A DNA stretch of 32,000 nucleotides from Candidatus Harpocratesius repetitus (GTDB lineage: Archaea > Asgardarchaeota > Lokiarchaeia > Sigyniarchaeales > Promethearchaeaceae). Below are positions 16,702-25,801 of this stretch, piece by piece; the first letter of the stretch is position 1, and each line of letters begins with the position of its first letter. Made by a program: the position numbers and the translations under genes. Under the pieces are notes generated by a model. It saw only the letters and a list, made by a program, of their open reading frames with translations, searched no databases and was not told the DNA's origin. The stretch is taken from positions 4,316,768 through 4,348,767 of the forward strand of contig JAIZWK010000001.1 in the NCBI GenBank assembly GCA_021498095.1, in the 5' to 3' direction.

Positions 16702-18021
16702 GTGCCGGTAGAACGTTATCTTCATGGGATTTGGAGATTTTGCCCTGATCCAGATGATTTAGGAATCACGCAAGAATGGATGATGCAAGAAAACCAGCCA
16801 TATTTGGAAGAAAAAACACGAATAATTGTTCCAAGTTGCTGGAATCGATCAACTTGGAAAAAGTATGCTAATTATTCAGGTGTTGCTTGGTATTGGCGAA
16901 TCTTTCGTGTTCCTCCTCAATGTCATGATCATCCAACATATATAGTTTTTGATGGAGTAGCGCATTCAGCTAAAATATTCATTGATGGAAAAGAAATCGG
17001 TTCATTTTCAAGTGGGTTTCTTCCCTTTGAAATTGATATTTCTGAGTTTGTTGATGATCAAGACCATTTTTTAGCTGTTCGAGTTGACAACTCCAATTCT
17101 ACCACGCGATTTCCGTTAATTCCGGATGTTCAATCATATGGTGGGATTTTCAAAGATGTTAAAATAATTTCTCATGAATATATCATTATTGAAGAAAGAA
17201 GTATTGAAACAATTTTGAATTTTAATGATTCAAATAAAAGAATTCGCAATGCTGAATTAACTTTAAGCCTTTATCTTAGAAATCGTTCTGATTTCGATAT
17301 ACAAGGTAAAATTTCAATTACTATAAGCCGAGACTATGTTCCAGTGGTTGAAATTGAGAAAGATATCGAAATTCTTAAACAAAATAGTAGATTGTCTAAA
17401 ACTTTAATCCATATTGATGGAAATAATTTAGATTTGTGGACACCAGATTCACCAAATTTGTACAATTTTAAAATATCTTGTTTTAATGATGAATTAGGAG
17501 AAATTTTTAATATTGAAGATATTATTGGTATCCGAGAAATTGAAGTTTCAGAAAATAACATTATGATAAATGGTAAAGAAATGAATCTAAAAGGAACAAT
17601 CTTTCCGATTGATCTTCCTGAATATGGGTATGCACTTCCCGCTCAAAAAATTCATGATATGCTTTTGGAGATTAAAGAAAAGGGTTATAACATTATTCGT
17701 CCAAATCAAGGTGTTTTTGATAGAACAATAATTGAATTGGCTTCGCGCATAGGAATTCTTGTAATTAATGATATTCCCATAATTTCTCTTTCATTGTTGG
17801 AAAAGCAGCAATATTTTAATTTATTTGCTAATTCAATTACGTTTTTACCCGCTTTGGCATTTTACAGCGTTAATCCAAATATTAATATATCTGAAAGTAA
17901 AGTACGTAAAAGTTTTGAAGATATTCAGAAATTATTCACAAATAGATTAGATCCGAGTAGATATATGTTAGCCCGAGGAATGTTCGGAATAGAAAAGTGG
18001 GATAATTATTTTAATTCTTAA
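16702..18021 (+). CDS. GH2 (beta-galactosidase/glucuronidase)-like protein with a truncated, probably inactive TIM barrel
   Basis: Sugar-binding domain (VPSCWN, YSGVAWYWR, FDGV, GFLPFEIDI, YGGIFKDV), Ig-like domain (LWTPDSPNLY), and barrel start (GIREIEV...INGK...KG). The WSxGNE acid/base motif reads YSVNP. GTG start after GAGAGGA. Confidence 0.78.
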   Translation: MPVERYLHGIWRFCPDPDDLGITQEWMMQENQPYLEEKTRIIVPSCWNRSTWKKYANYSGVAWYWRIFRVPPQCHDHPTYIVFDGVAHSAKIFIDGKEIGSFSSGFLPFEIDISEFVDDQDHFLAVRVDNSNSTTRFPLIPDVQSYGGIFKDVKIISHEYIIIEERSIETILNFNDSNKRIRNAELTLSLYLRNRSDFDIQGKISITISRDYVPVVEIEKDIEILKQNSRLSKTLIHIDGNNLDLWTPDSPNLYNFKISCFNDELGEIFNIEDIIGIREIEVSENNIMINGKEMNLKGTIFPIDLPEYGYALPAQKIHDMLLEIKEKGYNIIRPNQGVFDRTIIELASRIGILVINDIPIISLSLLEKQQYFNLFANSITFLPALAFYSVNPNINISESKVRKSFEDIQKLFTNRLDPSRYMLARGMFGIEKWDNYFNS

Positions 18022-18071
18022 TTAAATTCAAAATAAAAGATCATAATTTGTTAATAGAGGTAATAAATTCG

Positions 18072-19112
18072 ATGGAATATGATTTTGAAAACCCAAGACT
18101 ATTAATTGTTGGAGCAGGAGCTATTGGCGGTGTTTGTGCAGGATTCTTAACTCAAAGTGGTTATCATGTTGATTTAATTACAAAACATGAAGAGCTGGCT
18201 TTTAAAATCCAGACTGAAGGAATCCAAGTTTTAAGCCCACACGGTCAATTTCAAATTAAAATTCCCGCATTTCCAAACATGGAAAAAATAGAAGGAAAAT
18301 ATGACTTAATCTTTATGACTGTAAAAGCAACTGATTTAAAAGAAGCAGTACGTGCAGTAGAACCATTCATGCACAGTAATTCGGCAATTGTAACTTTAGA
18401 AAACGGAATATGTGAAGATATGGTTGCTGAAATGGTCGGACAAGCCCGTGTTATTGGATGTATTGTAGGATGGGGTGCAACCATGCATTCCCCAGGTATT
18501 GTCGAGATGACATCTCTTGGAGAATTTGTTATTGGTAATCTGGACAATTCAATAGACAAGCGCGTGGAGAAAGTTCAAGAAATCCTCTCTGCAGTCAATC
18601 CTTGTTATATTTCTCAGAATATTTATGGAACATTATATTCTAAATTGATAATTAATTCATGCATTACTTCGTTGGGTGCAGTATGTGGATTGTATTTGGG
18701 TGATATGCTGGCGTCTAAACAAGTTCGTCGTATTTTTATTGAAATTATACGAGAAAGTATTACAGTGGCAAATGCAATGAATTTACAAGTAGAAGTTTAT
18801 GGGGGAAAACTCAATTATTATGAATTTCTCAAAGGAAATGGGATCTTTGCCGAATTACGCCGTCACCTTTTAATTCGAATCATTGGTTTGAAATATAAAA
18901 AATTAAAATCATCAAGTTTACAAAGCCTTGAGCGGGGAAAGAAAACTGAAATCGATTATTTGAATGGATATATTGTTAAACAAGGCGAAAAACACAATAT
19001 TGCCACACCTGTTAACAGTTTAATGGTTAAGATAATTAAAGAGATAGAAGCAGGAAAAAGGGAAATAAGTAAAAAAAATTTTGAGGATTTCTTAGATTTG
19101 ATTAAGAATTAA
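18072..19112 (+). CDS. panE: 2-dehydropantoate 2-reductase (ketopantoate reductase, PanE/ApbA)
   Basis: IVGAGAIG, MTVKA, LENG, KLIINSCITSL, SSLQSLERGKKTEIDYLNG. The ATG at 18072 is preferred over the TTG at 18048. Confidence 0.9.
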   Translation: MEYDFENPRLLIVGAGAIGGVCAGFLTQSGYHVDLITKHEELAFKIQTEGIQVLSPHGQFQIKIPAFPNMEKIEGKYDLIFMTVKATDLKEAVRAVEPFMHSNSAIVTLENGICEDMVAEMVGQARVIGCIVGWGATMHSPGIVEMTSLGEFVIGNLDNSIDKRVEKVQEILSAVNPCYISQNIYGTLYSKLIINSCITSLGAVCGLYLGDMLASKQVRRIFIEIIRESITVANAMNLQVEVYGGKLNYYEFLKGNGIFAELRRHLLIRIIGLKYKKLKSSSLQSLERGKKTEIDYLNGYIVKQGEKHNIATPVNSLMVKIIKEIEAGKREISKKNFEDFLDLIKN

Positions 19113-19465
19113 TAAAGAATTGATTGAAAAATGGTTAATTATAAGTAAAAAATTAAATAATTTTTATATATGAGCCTTTATCAACATTTGATAGATTAAT
19201 AAAAAAATAAAAATCCTGCATAATTTACGCATTTACCAATATTCCATCCAAATTTGAAATTTGTCGATCAAAAATTTAGAACTTTTTTTATCAAATTCTA
19301 CGAAAATTTGATTAAAAATAGTCAAAAATCGACTCATAATTACATTTTCTAAAGTTCATCTTTGCCGACTGAAATAAATCTTGGATAAGTTTGATTATTG
19401 TCGGAAAATGAATGATTAAAATGGGAATTCTGTCAAAAATAAAGAAGTTGCTAGAACCTCATATT

Positions 19466-20386
19466 TCATTCAATTTTTTTTTCAAATAAAAGAACACCAG
19501 TCTCACGATCTTCATCATATTTAAAACCTAATTGGAGAAAATAACGCGCTATCTCTTTAGGAATAAATACAATAACATAATCTATTTCTGTATTAGGTGA
19601 AGAATGGTAACACTTGATATATGTAATTAGAAGATCATATGCATTCTTAGGTTTTCCATATAAAGTGCACCAAATATGAGATTTTTGAGGACCTTCATGA
19701 AATTCTGATGAGTTACATGTTTCGACACGTAAAAATGCATGGTCACTAGAATACCATTGGAAATCCTTCCCAATTTTTTGAAAAAATTGAAGACTGTTGG
19801 GAAAATAAGAAAATCCAGTGTTAATATCATCTGGTTTTTCTTCTAATTTAGAAGATACAAATTTAAATGCTTCATCAGGTGTAAGTTCAGAAATATTTTC
19901 ATTAATTTCAACATCATCTAGCTTTAATTTGCTAACTTCAGCATTTAGAAAAATCATAGTATTTTTTGTTGTAAATCCATAACGACTTGCCAAAGCGATA
20001 GATCCTACATTCTCACTATATGTTGCATATTGAATAATCTTACAACCTCGATTTATTGCTATTTGAATTGCATGTTCTGTTAAAATTTTACCTATTCCCA
20101 TTTGCTGATAAGATTTTTTTACTCTTCCTCCTTCCATCCAAGCATTTTTTTCGCTAAGAAATTTCACCCTTCCAATTGCGATTAATTCTATTATTGATTC
20201 TTTAGATTCAGAATATTTTGGTAAAAAAATACCATATGTATATCCATCTGGATCTTTAAGCCATGCGTGAAAGACTTTTGGGATATAATCTTGACCGTCC
20301 CAAATATCTTTTGAGATTTCTTTAACTTGGGGAAGATCTTCTGGTTTTAATTTACGAAATATTAATTTCGAGTAATCAATCTTCAT
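19466..20386 (-). CDS. GNAT family N-acetyltransferase with a degenerate second domain
   Basis: FRKLKPED, AWMEGGRVKKSYQQMGIG (motif A), NVGSIALASRYGF (motif B). The ATG at 20386 is preferred over the TTG at 20404. Confidence 0.85.
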   Translation of the reverse strand: MKIDYSKLIFRKLKPEDLPQVKEISKDIWDGQDYIPKVFHAWLKDPDGYTYGIFLPKYSESKESIIELIAIGRVKFLSEKNAWMEGGRVKKSYQQMGIGKILTEHAIQIAINRGCKIIQYATYSENVGSIALASRYGFTTKNTMIFLNAEVSKLKLDDVEINENISELTPDEAFKFVSSKLEEKPDDINTGFSYFPNSLQFFQKIGKDFQWYSSDHAFLRVETCNSSEFHEGPQKSHIWCTLYGKPKNAYDLLITYIKCYHSSPNTEIDYVIVFIPKEIARYFLQLGFKYDEDRETGVLLFEKKIE

Positions 20387-20502
20387 ATGTAAGAAAAGCT
20401 TCAAGAATATTAATTTTTTTTTTTAATTGTTAAGAGTTATTGATGAGATTTAGCTTTTTTAAGATGTACAAAATAGGTGGTTATTTAGATTTAAAGTATT
20501 CC

Positions 20503-21297
20503 TTATTTTATTTCATTTTCATTTAAATTTGTATAAAATGCTTCATTACTTGAATCTTCAAGTGAATTTGTAGACTTTTTCTCTTTTTCTTTTTTTATAG
20601 TTAAATCAAAAAGTGATTCTTTGATTATTTTTGTAATACTCCGTCGAATTTCTCGTATAAATATTTCTAAGTCCTTCTTTATTATGAAATTCAACCAATT
20701 AGATTCTAAATATTCAACAATTCGTTCAATTGCTTTTGGTTCACGCTCTAATCGATATAAAATCTGAAATTCTCCTTCAGATAGTGGAGTACCATCTTCA
20801 TGAACCCAACGAGACTTTAAACTGTTTTTAATTAATTGAACAAATTCTTTTCGAGGGCTAGACATCTTTAATTCTGGGTAAGGTTTAATTAATTGTTGCC
20901 AGTTTTTACGAAAATTGGAGTAGGGTATCCGTAGATCAGAAGTTAATTGAAAGTATGATTCATTTCTAATTCGCTGATACAATAATTGTCGATCAAATTT
21001 CAAACGTAATTGATTTTTCATAGAATTAAAATAAGAAAAGATGGCGTTATCTAGCTCTTTATTCTCAGTGTGATCCAATTCCCAAATTTTCTGAAATAAG
21101 ATTTCTAGGGTTAGCTTATCGATTTGAATATTAAAATTACCAATTTGGAGAGCTAGACTTGATTTTGCTTGTTTTCTTGTAGTAGAAATAGATGAAGTTT
21201 TCTTTCTTACTGTTTTTTTTTTACGATGTGATTTCTGTTTTTTTTTTTCAGCTTTTGCCCGTTCTTCTAATAAGCGTTGAATTTCATCCAATGACAT
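20503..21297 (-). CDS. Hypothetical all-helical protein with a strongly basic N-terminal segment
   Basis: 264-aa clean ORF overlapping the upstream gene by 14 nt; KKKQKSHRKKKTVRKK near the N-terminus. No family recognised. Confidence 0.7.
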   Translation of the reverse strand: MSLDEIQRLLEERAKAEKKKQKSHRKKKTVRKKTSSISTTRKQAKSSLALQIGNFNIQIDKLTLEILFQKIWELDHTENKELDNAIFSYFNSMKNQLRLKFDRQLLYQRIRNESYFQLTSDLRIPYSNFRKNWQQLIKPYPELKMSSPRKEFVQLIKNSLKSRWVHEDGTPLSEGEFQILYRLEREPKAIERIVEYLESNWLNFIIKKDLEIFIREIRRSITKIIKESLFDLTIKKEKEKKSTNSLEDSSNEAFYTNLNENEIK

Positions 21298-21835
21298 TAA
21301 AATTTTCCTCCATTATCGCGAGAATTTCGAGTAATTGCTCTTTTTCTTCAAGTTTGAGCCCAAAATTAAGATCTAAGAATTTTTGGAGCAAATTGACATC
21401 TGATATCTCAGTCGCAATTTTTGAAACATTGCGATCCATTTCATCTAATTTTGTTAAAAAATAATATACCTTAGAAAAATCAAGAATTTTTGCAGGAGAA
21501 TTTTGTTTTCCACTTACATCATTTGTTTTTTGTGATATATCTACCTTAATTTCTTCTAAACGATCAAATGAGGGCGCTCCTTTAATTGCAATTAGGGTTT
21601 TAAACTTCTTTTTTTGAGGATCAAAGATTCCTTCAAGATGAATTTTTGATTCAGGTTGAGCATGTAATCGTAATAATGTTCCTCTTGTTGCTCCAAAAGA
21701 CCATTTCATAGATTTTGAAAGACCATAAATAGTTATCGGTAATTTATCATCATTTTCTCTAAGCCAATTTAACATGGATTCTTCATTTGCTCGAGCAACT
21801 TTTTCTTTTGGATGAATTGGATAGTTTGTATTCAT
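21284..21835 (-). CDS. Winged helix-turn-helix protein with a helical C-terminal region
   Basis: EESMLNWLREN / ITIYGLSKSMKWSFGATRGTLLRL / KIHLEGIFDP..KFKTLIAI fits helix-HTH-wing order. Confidence 0.6.
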   Translation of the reverse strand: MNTNYPIHPKEKVARANEESMLNWLRENDDKLPITIYGLSKSMKWSFGATRGTLLRLHAQPESKIHLEGIFDPQKKKFKTLIAIKGAPSFDRLEEIKVDISQKTNDVSGKQNSPAKILDFSKVYYFLTKLDEMDRNVSKIATEISDVNLLQKFLDLNFGLKLEEKEQLLEILAIMEENFNVIG

Positions 21836-22095
21836 ATAAATAATGATTAAATTTTAGATATATATTTTTTTTCTTAAATATATATTTTAATTCTCATTTT
21901 TGAAATTTATATTATTTCAATTAATTTAAAGTATTAATTTTAATTAGAATATATATTTTAAAAAAAATTTTCGAATAATAAATTTGTATTTAGAATTTAT
22001 ATTAAGTTCTATAGAAAAGGTACAAAATATATATTTTTTAAAAGAAATTCAATGAATTTTATTGATTCAAAATTTCGGAGTTGTAATTATTCATA
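21836..22095. promoter_or_regulatory. Extremely AT-rich divergent control region with four ATATATATTTT copies
   Basis: I counted 28 G+C in 240 nt (21841-22080, ~12%). ATATATATTTT occurs at 21858, 21878, 21949 and 22027. The first copy lies 23-33 nt upstream of the ATG at 21835, which is TATA-box spacing for a leaderless mRNA. Confidence 0.6.
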
Positions 22096-22140
22096 TTGAA
22101 AAGCATAAGTTTTTTTTATTTTCGATCCCGTTCAATACCT

Positions 22141-22815
22141 ATGCCAGATGAAAACGAATATCAAAAAGTTCTCGAACTTATTTCTTATGGAAAATTTGAT
22201 GAAGCTTTCAAAAAAATTAAACCTATGCTCAAATCAGAACCTGAAAACCCGGGACTTCTACTTGATGCAGGTTATATTTGTGCTAATTTAGGAAATTTTA
22301 CAGATGCGATTAAATATTATGAAAAAACCATTGAAATGGTACCTGATTCAGCCAGTGGTTATGCTGGATTGGGATTTGTTTATAATTTACAAGATCAACC
22401 TGAAAAAGCATTAGAATATTTTAAAAAGGGCTTAGAAAAATCACCAGATAATGCACTTATCCACTTTGAAGTAGGGGAAACACTTCTTGAAATGGAACGA
22501 TTTGAGGAAGCCCTTAAATCCTACTATAAAGCAATTCAATTCTCAGGTTCAGAAACAGAAGTTGAAACGCTTCACCGTATTGCACAGGTTCATTTAGGAA
22601 TGAATAACCCCGATAAAACACTAGAAATCGCAAAAAATATATTATCAATCGATCCATCTTATGCAACGATTTACTATGTAATGGCTGGTGCAGAAGCGAT
22701 GAAAGAAAATTGGGATTCAGCAAAGTCACATCTTGAAAAATATTTGAAATACTCACCTGAAGATGTAGATGCCAAAGAAATGTTAAAGCATATTGAAGAA
22801 GAAATGTCGAAATAA
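22141..22815 (+). CDS. Tetratricopeptide repeat protein (about 5-6 TPRs)
   Basis: 34-aa periodic LG..A..YY/F..A....P pattern (LGNFTDAIKYYEKTIEMVPD; YAGLGFVY...ALEYFKKGLEKSPD). The ATG at 22141 is preferred over the TTG at 22096. Confidence 0.9.
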   Translation: MPDENEYQKVLELISYGKFDEAFKKIKPMLKSEPENPGLLLDAGYICANLGNFTDAIKYYEKTIEMVPDSASGYAGLGFVYNLQDQPEKALEYFKKGLEKSPDNALIHFEVGETLLEMERFEEALKSYYKAIQFSGSETEVETLHRIAQVHLGMNNPDKTLEIAKNILSIDPSYATIYYVMAGAEAMKENWDSAKSHLEKYLKYSPEDVDAKEMLKHIEEEMSK

Positions 22816-22910
22816 TCAAATAATAACCCTATTTTTTTAAATTAACTTAAAATTTTGCAAGATCTTAAATTGCATAGCATAAATTATGTAATAATAAATT
22901 ATCATAAAAC

Positions 22911-22926
22911 AAAGAAAAAAAGAAAA
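22911..22926 (-). terminator. Oligo-T terminator of the ribosomal protein operon
   Basis: The minus strand reads TTTTCTTTTTTTCTTT, starting about 12 nt after the rpl15 stop. Confidence 0.6.
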
Positions 22927-22937
22927 TTACTTGAAAT

Positions 22938-23435
22938 TTAACTTTCTTCTAACTGTGCAGTTAATTTTAAAACAGCTTTAGCTTCTTTCATCTTTTCTAC
23001 TGCTAATGCTGACGCACGTTCAACAGAAATTTCAAGATTTTTTGTAACTTTTCCCTTTCCAAGTAATTTATTGTAATTTAAAGCGCCTAAATCAATGATA
23101 TACTTACCACCTTTTTGTTCGATCTTTCCAGCTTCAAGCCAAGTAGGAAGTTTTTCTTCAACATCCTTTAAATTTATTGCTCGAGTCTGATTTAATCGTT
23201 GAACTTGAGGAGGTTGTTTGAATCCTTTCTTTCCAATTTTCCATTTTTCACCATCTGGACCTGGAAAACCAAGTTTTTTCATTTTTAGGTATAAACTCCA
23301 TTTGTGCTTGAATTTTCCTGTGGTTAATCCAGTTCCACCACGTTGACCTTTAGCTCGATGAGCACCAATTGTACCGTAGCCTCGAGTTCTATTACCTTGC
23401 TGTTTCCGGCTTTTTTTTTCGAATTTTACTGGCAT
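22938..23435 (-). CDS. rpl15: 50S ribosomal protein uL15
   Basis: RGYGTIGAHRAKGQRGGTG, GKKGF, INL, YNKLLGKG, AVEK. The true ATG is at 23435; the called GTG is inside the GGTGA SD. Confidence 0.95.
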   Translation of the reverse strand: MPVKFEKKSRKQQGNRTRGYGTIGAHRAKGQRGGTGLTTGKFKHKWSLYLKMKKLGFPGPDGEKWKIGKKGFKQPPQVQRLNQTRAINLKDVEEKLPTWLEAGKIEQKGGKYIIDLGALNYNKLLGKGKVTKNLEISVERASALAVEKMKEAKAVLKLTAQLEES

Positions 23436-23463
23436 TGTTTTTTTCACCTTTTTCCAGAAATGC

Positions 23464-23997
23464 TTAGATCATTTTTCGTAAATAAATATTGATCTTATCT
23501 CCTACTTTACCCAAGGATCCACCGGCACCAATAGGTTTCTTGATCGAACCAGGATAACCTCCAATTGGTGGATGAAGTCGAAAGACGGGCTTTAATCCTT
23601 TAATTTCTTTTATTGCAATTTTTCCTTTATGAATTGCATTGGCGAGATCAGGGATGGATTTATACACGGTTTCAGTTCGAACAAAATGATCAGTTAAAGG
23701 TTTATTACCTTCGAGTAGAGCGCGTTTTTCGAGTAATCTTTTTATATTATCAGCGGATACTGGTCCATAGGCAACATAATCCTTTACTTTTTGAATCATT
23801 CCTCGAACAGAAGGAGTAGTTTTAACTAATACTGCACTATTTACACGGTAAAGATTCAATAAATGTAATGTATGCAAGATTTTTCGATTCATCCCATGAG
23901 CACCACGAATCCTTATTATACAATAGATTTCTTCTTCGGGGATTTTCGCTTTTTTTGTAGATGTTGATTTAGCGGTAGTTTTGACTTTACTTGACAT
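23464..23997 (-). CDS. rpl30: 50S ribosomal protein uL30 (archaeal long, L7e-like form)
   Basis: IIRIRG, LHLLNL, GMIQKVKDYVAYG, VFRLHPP.GG. ATG at 23997 after GGTGA-N5. Confidence 0.95.
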   Translation of the reverse strand: MSSKVKTTAKSTSTKKAKIPEEEIYCIIRIRGAHGMNRKILHTLHLLNLYRVNSAVLVKTTPSVRGMIQKVKDYVAYGPVSADNIKRLLEKRALLEGNKPLTDHFVRTETVYKSIPDLANAIHKGKIAIKEIKGLKPVFRLHPPIGGYPGSIKKPIGAGGSLGKVGDKINIYLRKMI

Positions 23998-24024
23998 AAT
24001 CATCACCATTATTTAGAGGCTTAT

Positions 24025-24723
24025 TTAAGCCCCCCAATCTTTAGCTGTCATTACTTTATACATATTTTCCAAAGCATTAAAGACAGCTTTTGCCATATTT
24101 GTTCTGGATTTTGTATTTCCTTTTGTTACAGTCCATACATCTGTAATTCCAGCCAATCGGAGCACCAGTTTTGCAGTATCAGAACAAGCTAAACCAGTTC
24201 CTTTCGGTGCAGGTTTTAATGTGACTCGAACACTTCCCATTTTACCAGATGTCTCAAAAGGAATGGAGTGATTTCCACCACAATTACATTCCCAACTTCC
24301 ACATCCCCGTTTCACAGGAATCATGCTCAATTTTGCTTTAGCGATTGCTTTTCGGATTCCAGGACCTACTTCTTTGTTTTTTGAAGAATATAACCCAACA
24401 AATCCATCTTCATTACCGACTACTACAGAACATTTAAATCGTGATTGTTCACCTGCATCGGTTTGCTTTTGTACCATTTTTATGTCAATTACTTCTTCTT
24501 TTAAATTGGGTATTAAGAAATCTAAGATTTCTTTTTCTTTGATGACATAATTATTACGAAGAATTTCTTCAATTGAAGTAATCTGCCCCGCTTTTACCAT
24601 TTTCCCTAAGTGAGTTAATGGTTCCCAATCATCCAATGGATTTCTCCGCTGCATTGTGCGCTTACTTCGCCTGGCACCTCGTCGGGGGGATCTATTTCGT
24701 TTACGTGATTCATTTTCTGACAT
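24025..24723 (-). CDS. rps5: 30S ribosomal protein uS5
   Basis: WEPLTHLGKMVK, VQKQTDAG, VVVGNEDGFVG, GCGSWEC, LKPAPKGTGL, AGITDVW. Confidence 0.97.
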   Translation of the reverse strand: MSENESRKRNRSPRRGARRSKRTMQRRNPLDDWEPLTHLGKMVKAGQITSIEEILRNNYVIKEKEILDFLIPNLKEEVIDIKMVQKQTDAGEQSRFKCSVVVGNEDGFVGLYSSKNKEVGPGIRKAIAKAKLSMIPVKRGCGSWECNCGGNHSIPFETSGKMGSVRVTLKPAPKGTGLACSDTAKLVLRLAGITDVWTVTKGNTKSRTNMAKAVFNALENMYKVMTAKDWGA

Positions 24724-24727
24724 TTAA

Positions 24728-25318
24728 TTACACCTTACTCTCTATTTCTTTCAAAATTTTCTCAAAATCCGAATCAATTTTGGTAGGATCACCCTTTTTC
24801 TTTAAAACTGCAGAAAATTTCTTTTTATATAAGTTTGAATTTTCTTTTTTCAACTGTTTTGCATATTCTGCAATATGAACCCCCTTGATTCGTTCTTCGA
24901 TTCCATTGAAAAACCAACTTTCTTCAACAGGAACTTCAATTCCTGCATCTAAAAAGCCTTTAACTGCTGCTTTAACCCGATTATCATGCACCAATATTCC
25001 AACATCAACTATTGCGTCAGAAATCCCTATTTTCTTTGCACGTAATCCACATAAATACCCAGCTAAATATGCTGACGGTAAATTACCAAGATTTTGTTTC
25101 CAATTAAAATCTTTTACAAGCTGTTGTGTGTGCACATGAGTTAAGATTTTATCTCCTTCAATTTTTGATTCAACCACTTGAACTATTGTATGCTTATTTG
25201 AACAACGAACTACTAAGCGATTACGACGTGATTGAATTAATTTTAATCTGCGATGATAATTAGTTTTCCCTTCTCGTCTTCGACGGAATGGAACTCGATA
25301 TTTTGGTCCTTTAGCCAT
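24728..25318 (-). CDS. rpl18: 50S ribosomal protein uL18
   Basis: MAKGPKYRVPFRRRREGKTNYHRRL, RLVVR, NLPSAYLAG. The true start is 25318, after GGTGA-N5; the called ORF over-extends into rpl19e. Confidence 0.96.
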   Translation of the reverse strand: MAKGPKYRVPFRRRREGKTNYHRRLKLIQSRRNRLVVRCSNKHTIVQVVESKIEGDKILTHVHTQQLVKDFNWKQNLGNLPSAYLAGYLCGLRAKKIGISDAIVDVGILVHDNRVKAAVKGFLDAGIEVPVEESWFFNGIEERIKGVHIAEYAKQLKKENSNLYKKKFSAVLKKKGDPTKIDSDFEKILKEIESKV

Positions 25319-25334
25319 TTCATTCACCTTCTCT

Positions 25335-25793
25335 CTAACTTCTCCACATCTTATGTTCATTAATATATCGATGCAAAGTGGCAACAGAATTAAATGTTCC
25401 ACCTTTTGCTTTCAAATAAAGCTCTCGATATGTTGATACTTCTATTTGTTCAGTATCTCGTAATTTTTTAAGTTCACGACGTAAAGGTCTAATACGGTTT
25501 ATCCAATTACGTTTACTGGGAGAACGAGCTGTTTTATTCCCTTTTCGACTTCCAATTCCGCGAGCACGCCCTTTTTGTTTCTTTAATTTCTTTTCTTTAG
25601 CTCGAAATCTTGAAACTCCAATTTTGGGGCGTTTAATAATTATTTTATTTTTAATTAAATTTTTAATATCTTCACGGGTTATGGCCATCAAGACATCTTC
25701 AATATATTCAGGATGGATATATACTCGATGGATTCCACATTTGAGAATGTCGGCAGCTAATCGTTTCTGAGCATTAATATTCATATTTTTCAC
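25335..25793 (-). CDS. rpl19e: 50S ribosomal protein eL19
   Basis: QKRLAADILKCG, AITREDIK, RGIGSRKG, WINRIR..RR, YLKAKGG.F. Confidence 0.97.
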   Translation of the reverse strand: MKNMNINAQKRLAADILKCGIHRVYIHPEYIEDVLMAITREDIKNLIKNKIIIKRPKIGVSRFRAKEKKLKKQKGRARGIGSRKGNKTARSPSKRNWINRIRPLRRELKKLRDTEQIEVSTYRELYLKAKGGTFNSVATLHRYINEHKMWRS

Positions 25794-25801
25794 CTATTTT
25801 T

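Noticed and set aside
19113-19465. ncRNA or small ORF in the 352-bp convergent gap
   Set aside because: Only a 34-codon ORF (MSRFLTIF...) and weak AT-rich inverted repeats; no GC-rich stem or family signal.
21841-22080. Replication origin
   Set aside because: No ORB-like G-string repeats and no initiator gene nearby; AT-richness alone is insufficient.
6761-22819. Short alternative-frame or antisense ORFs at 6761, 10489, 10687, 12431, 12435, 17334, 18251, 19627, 21192 and 22514
   Set aside because: Each is nested within or antisense to a longer motif-bearing gene, with no motif or SD support.
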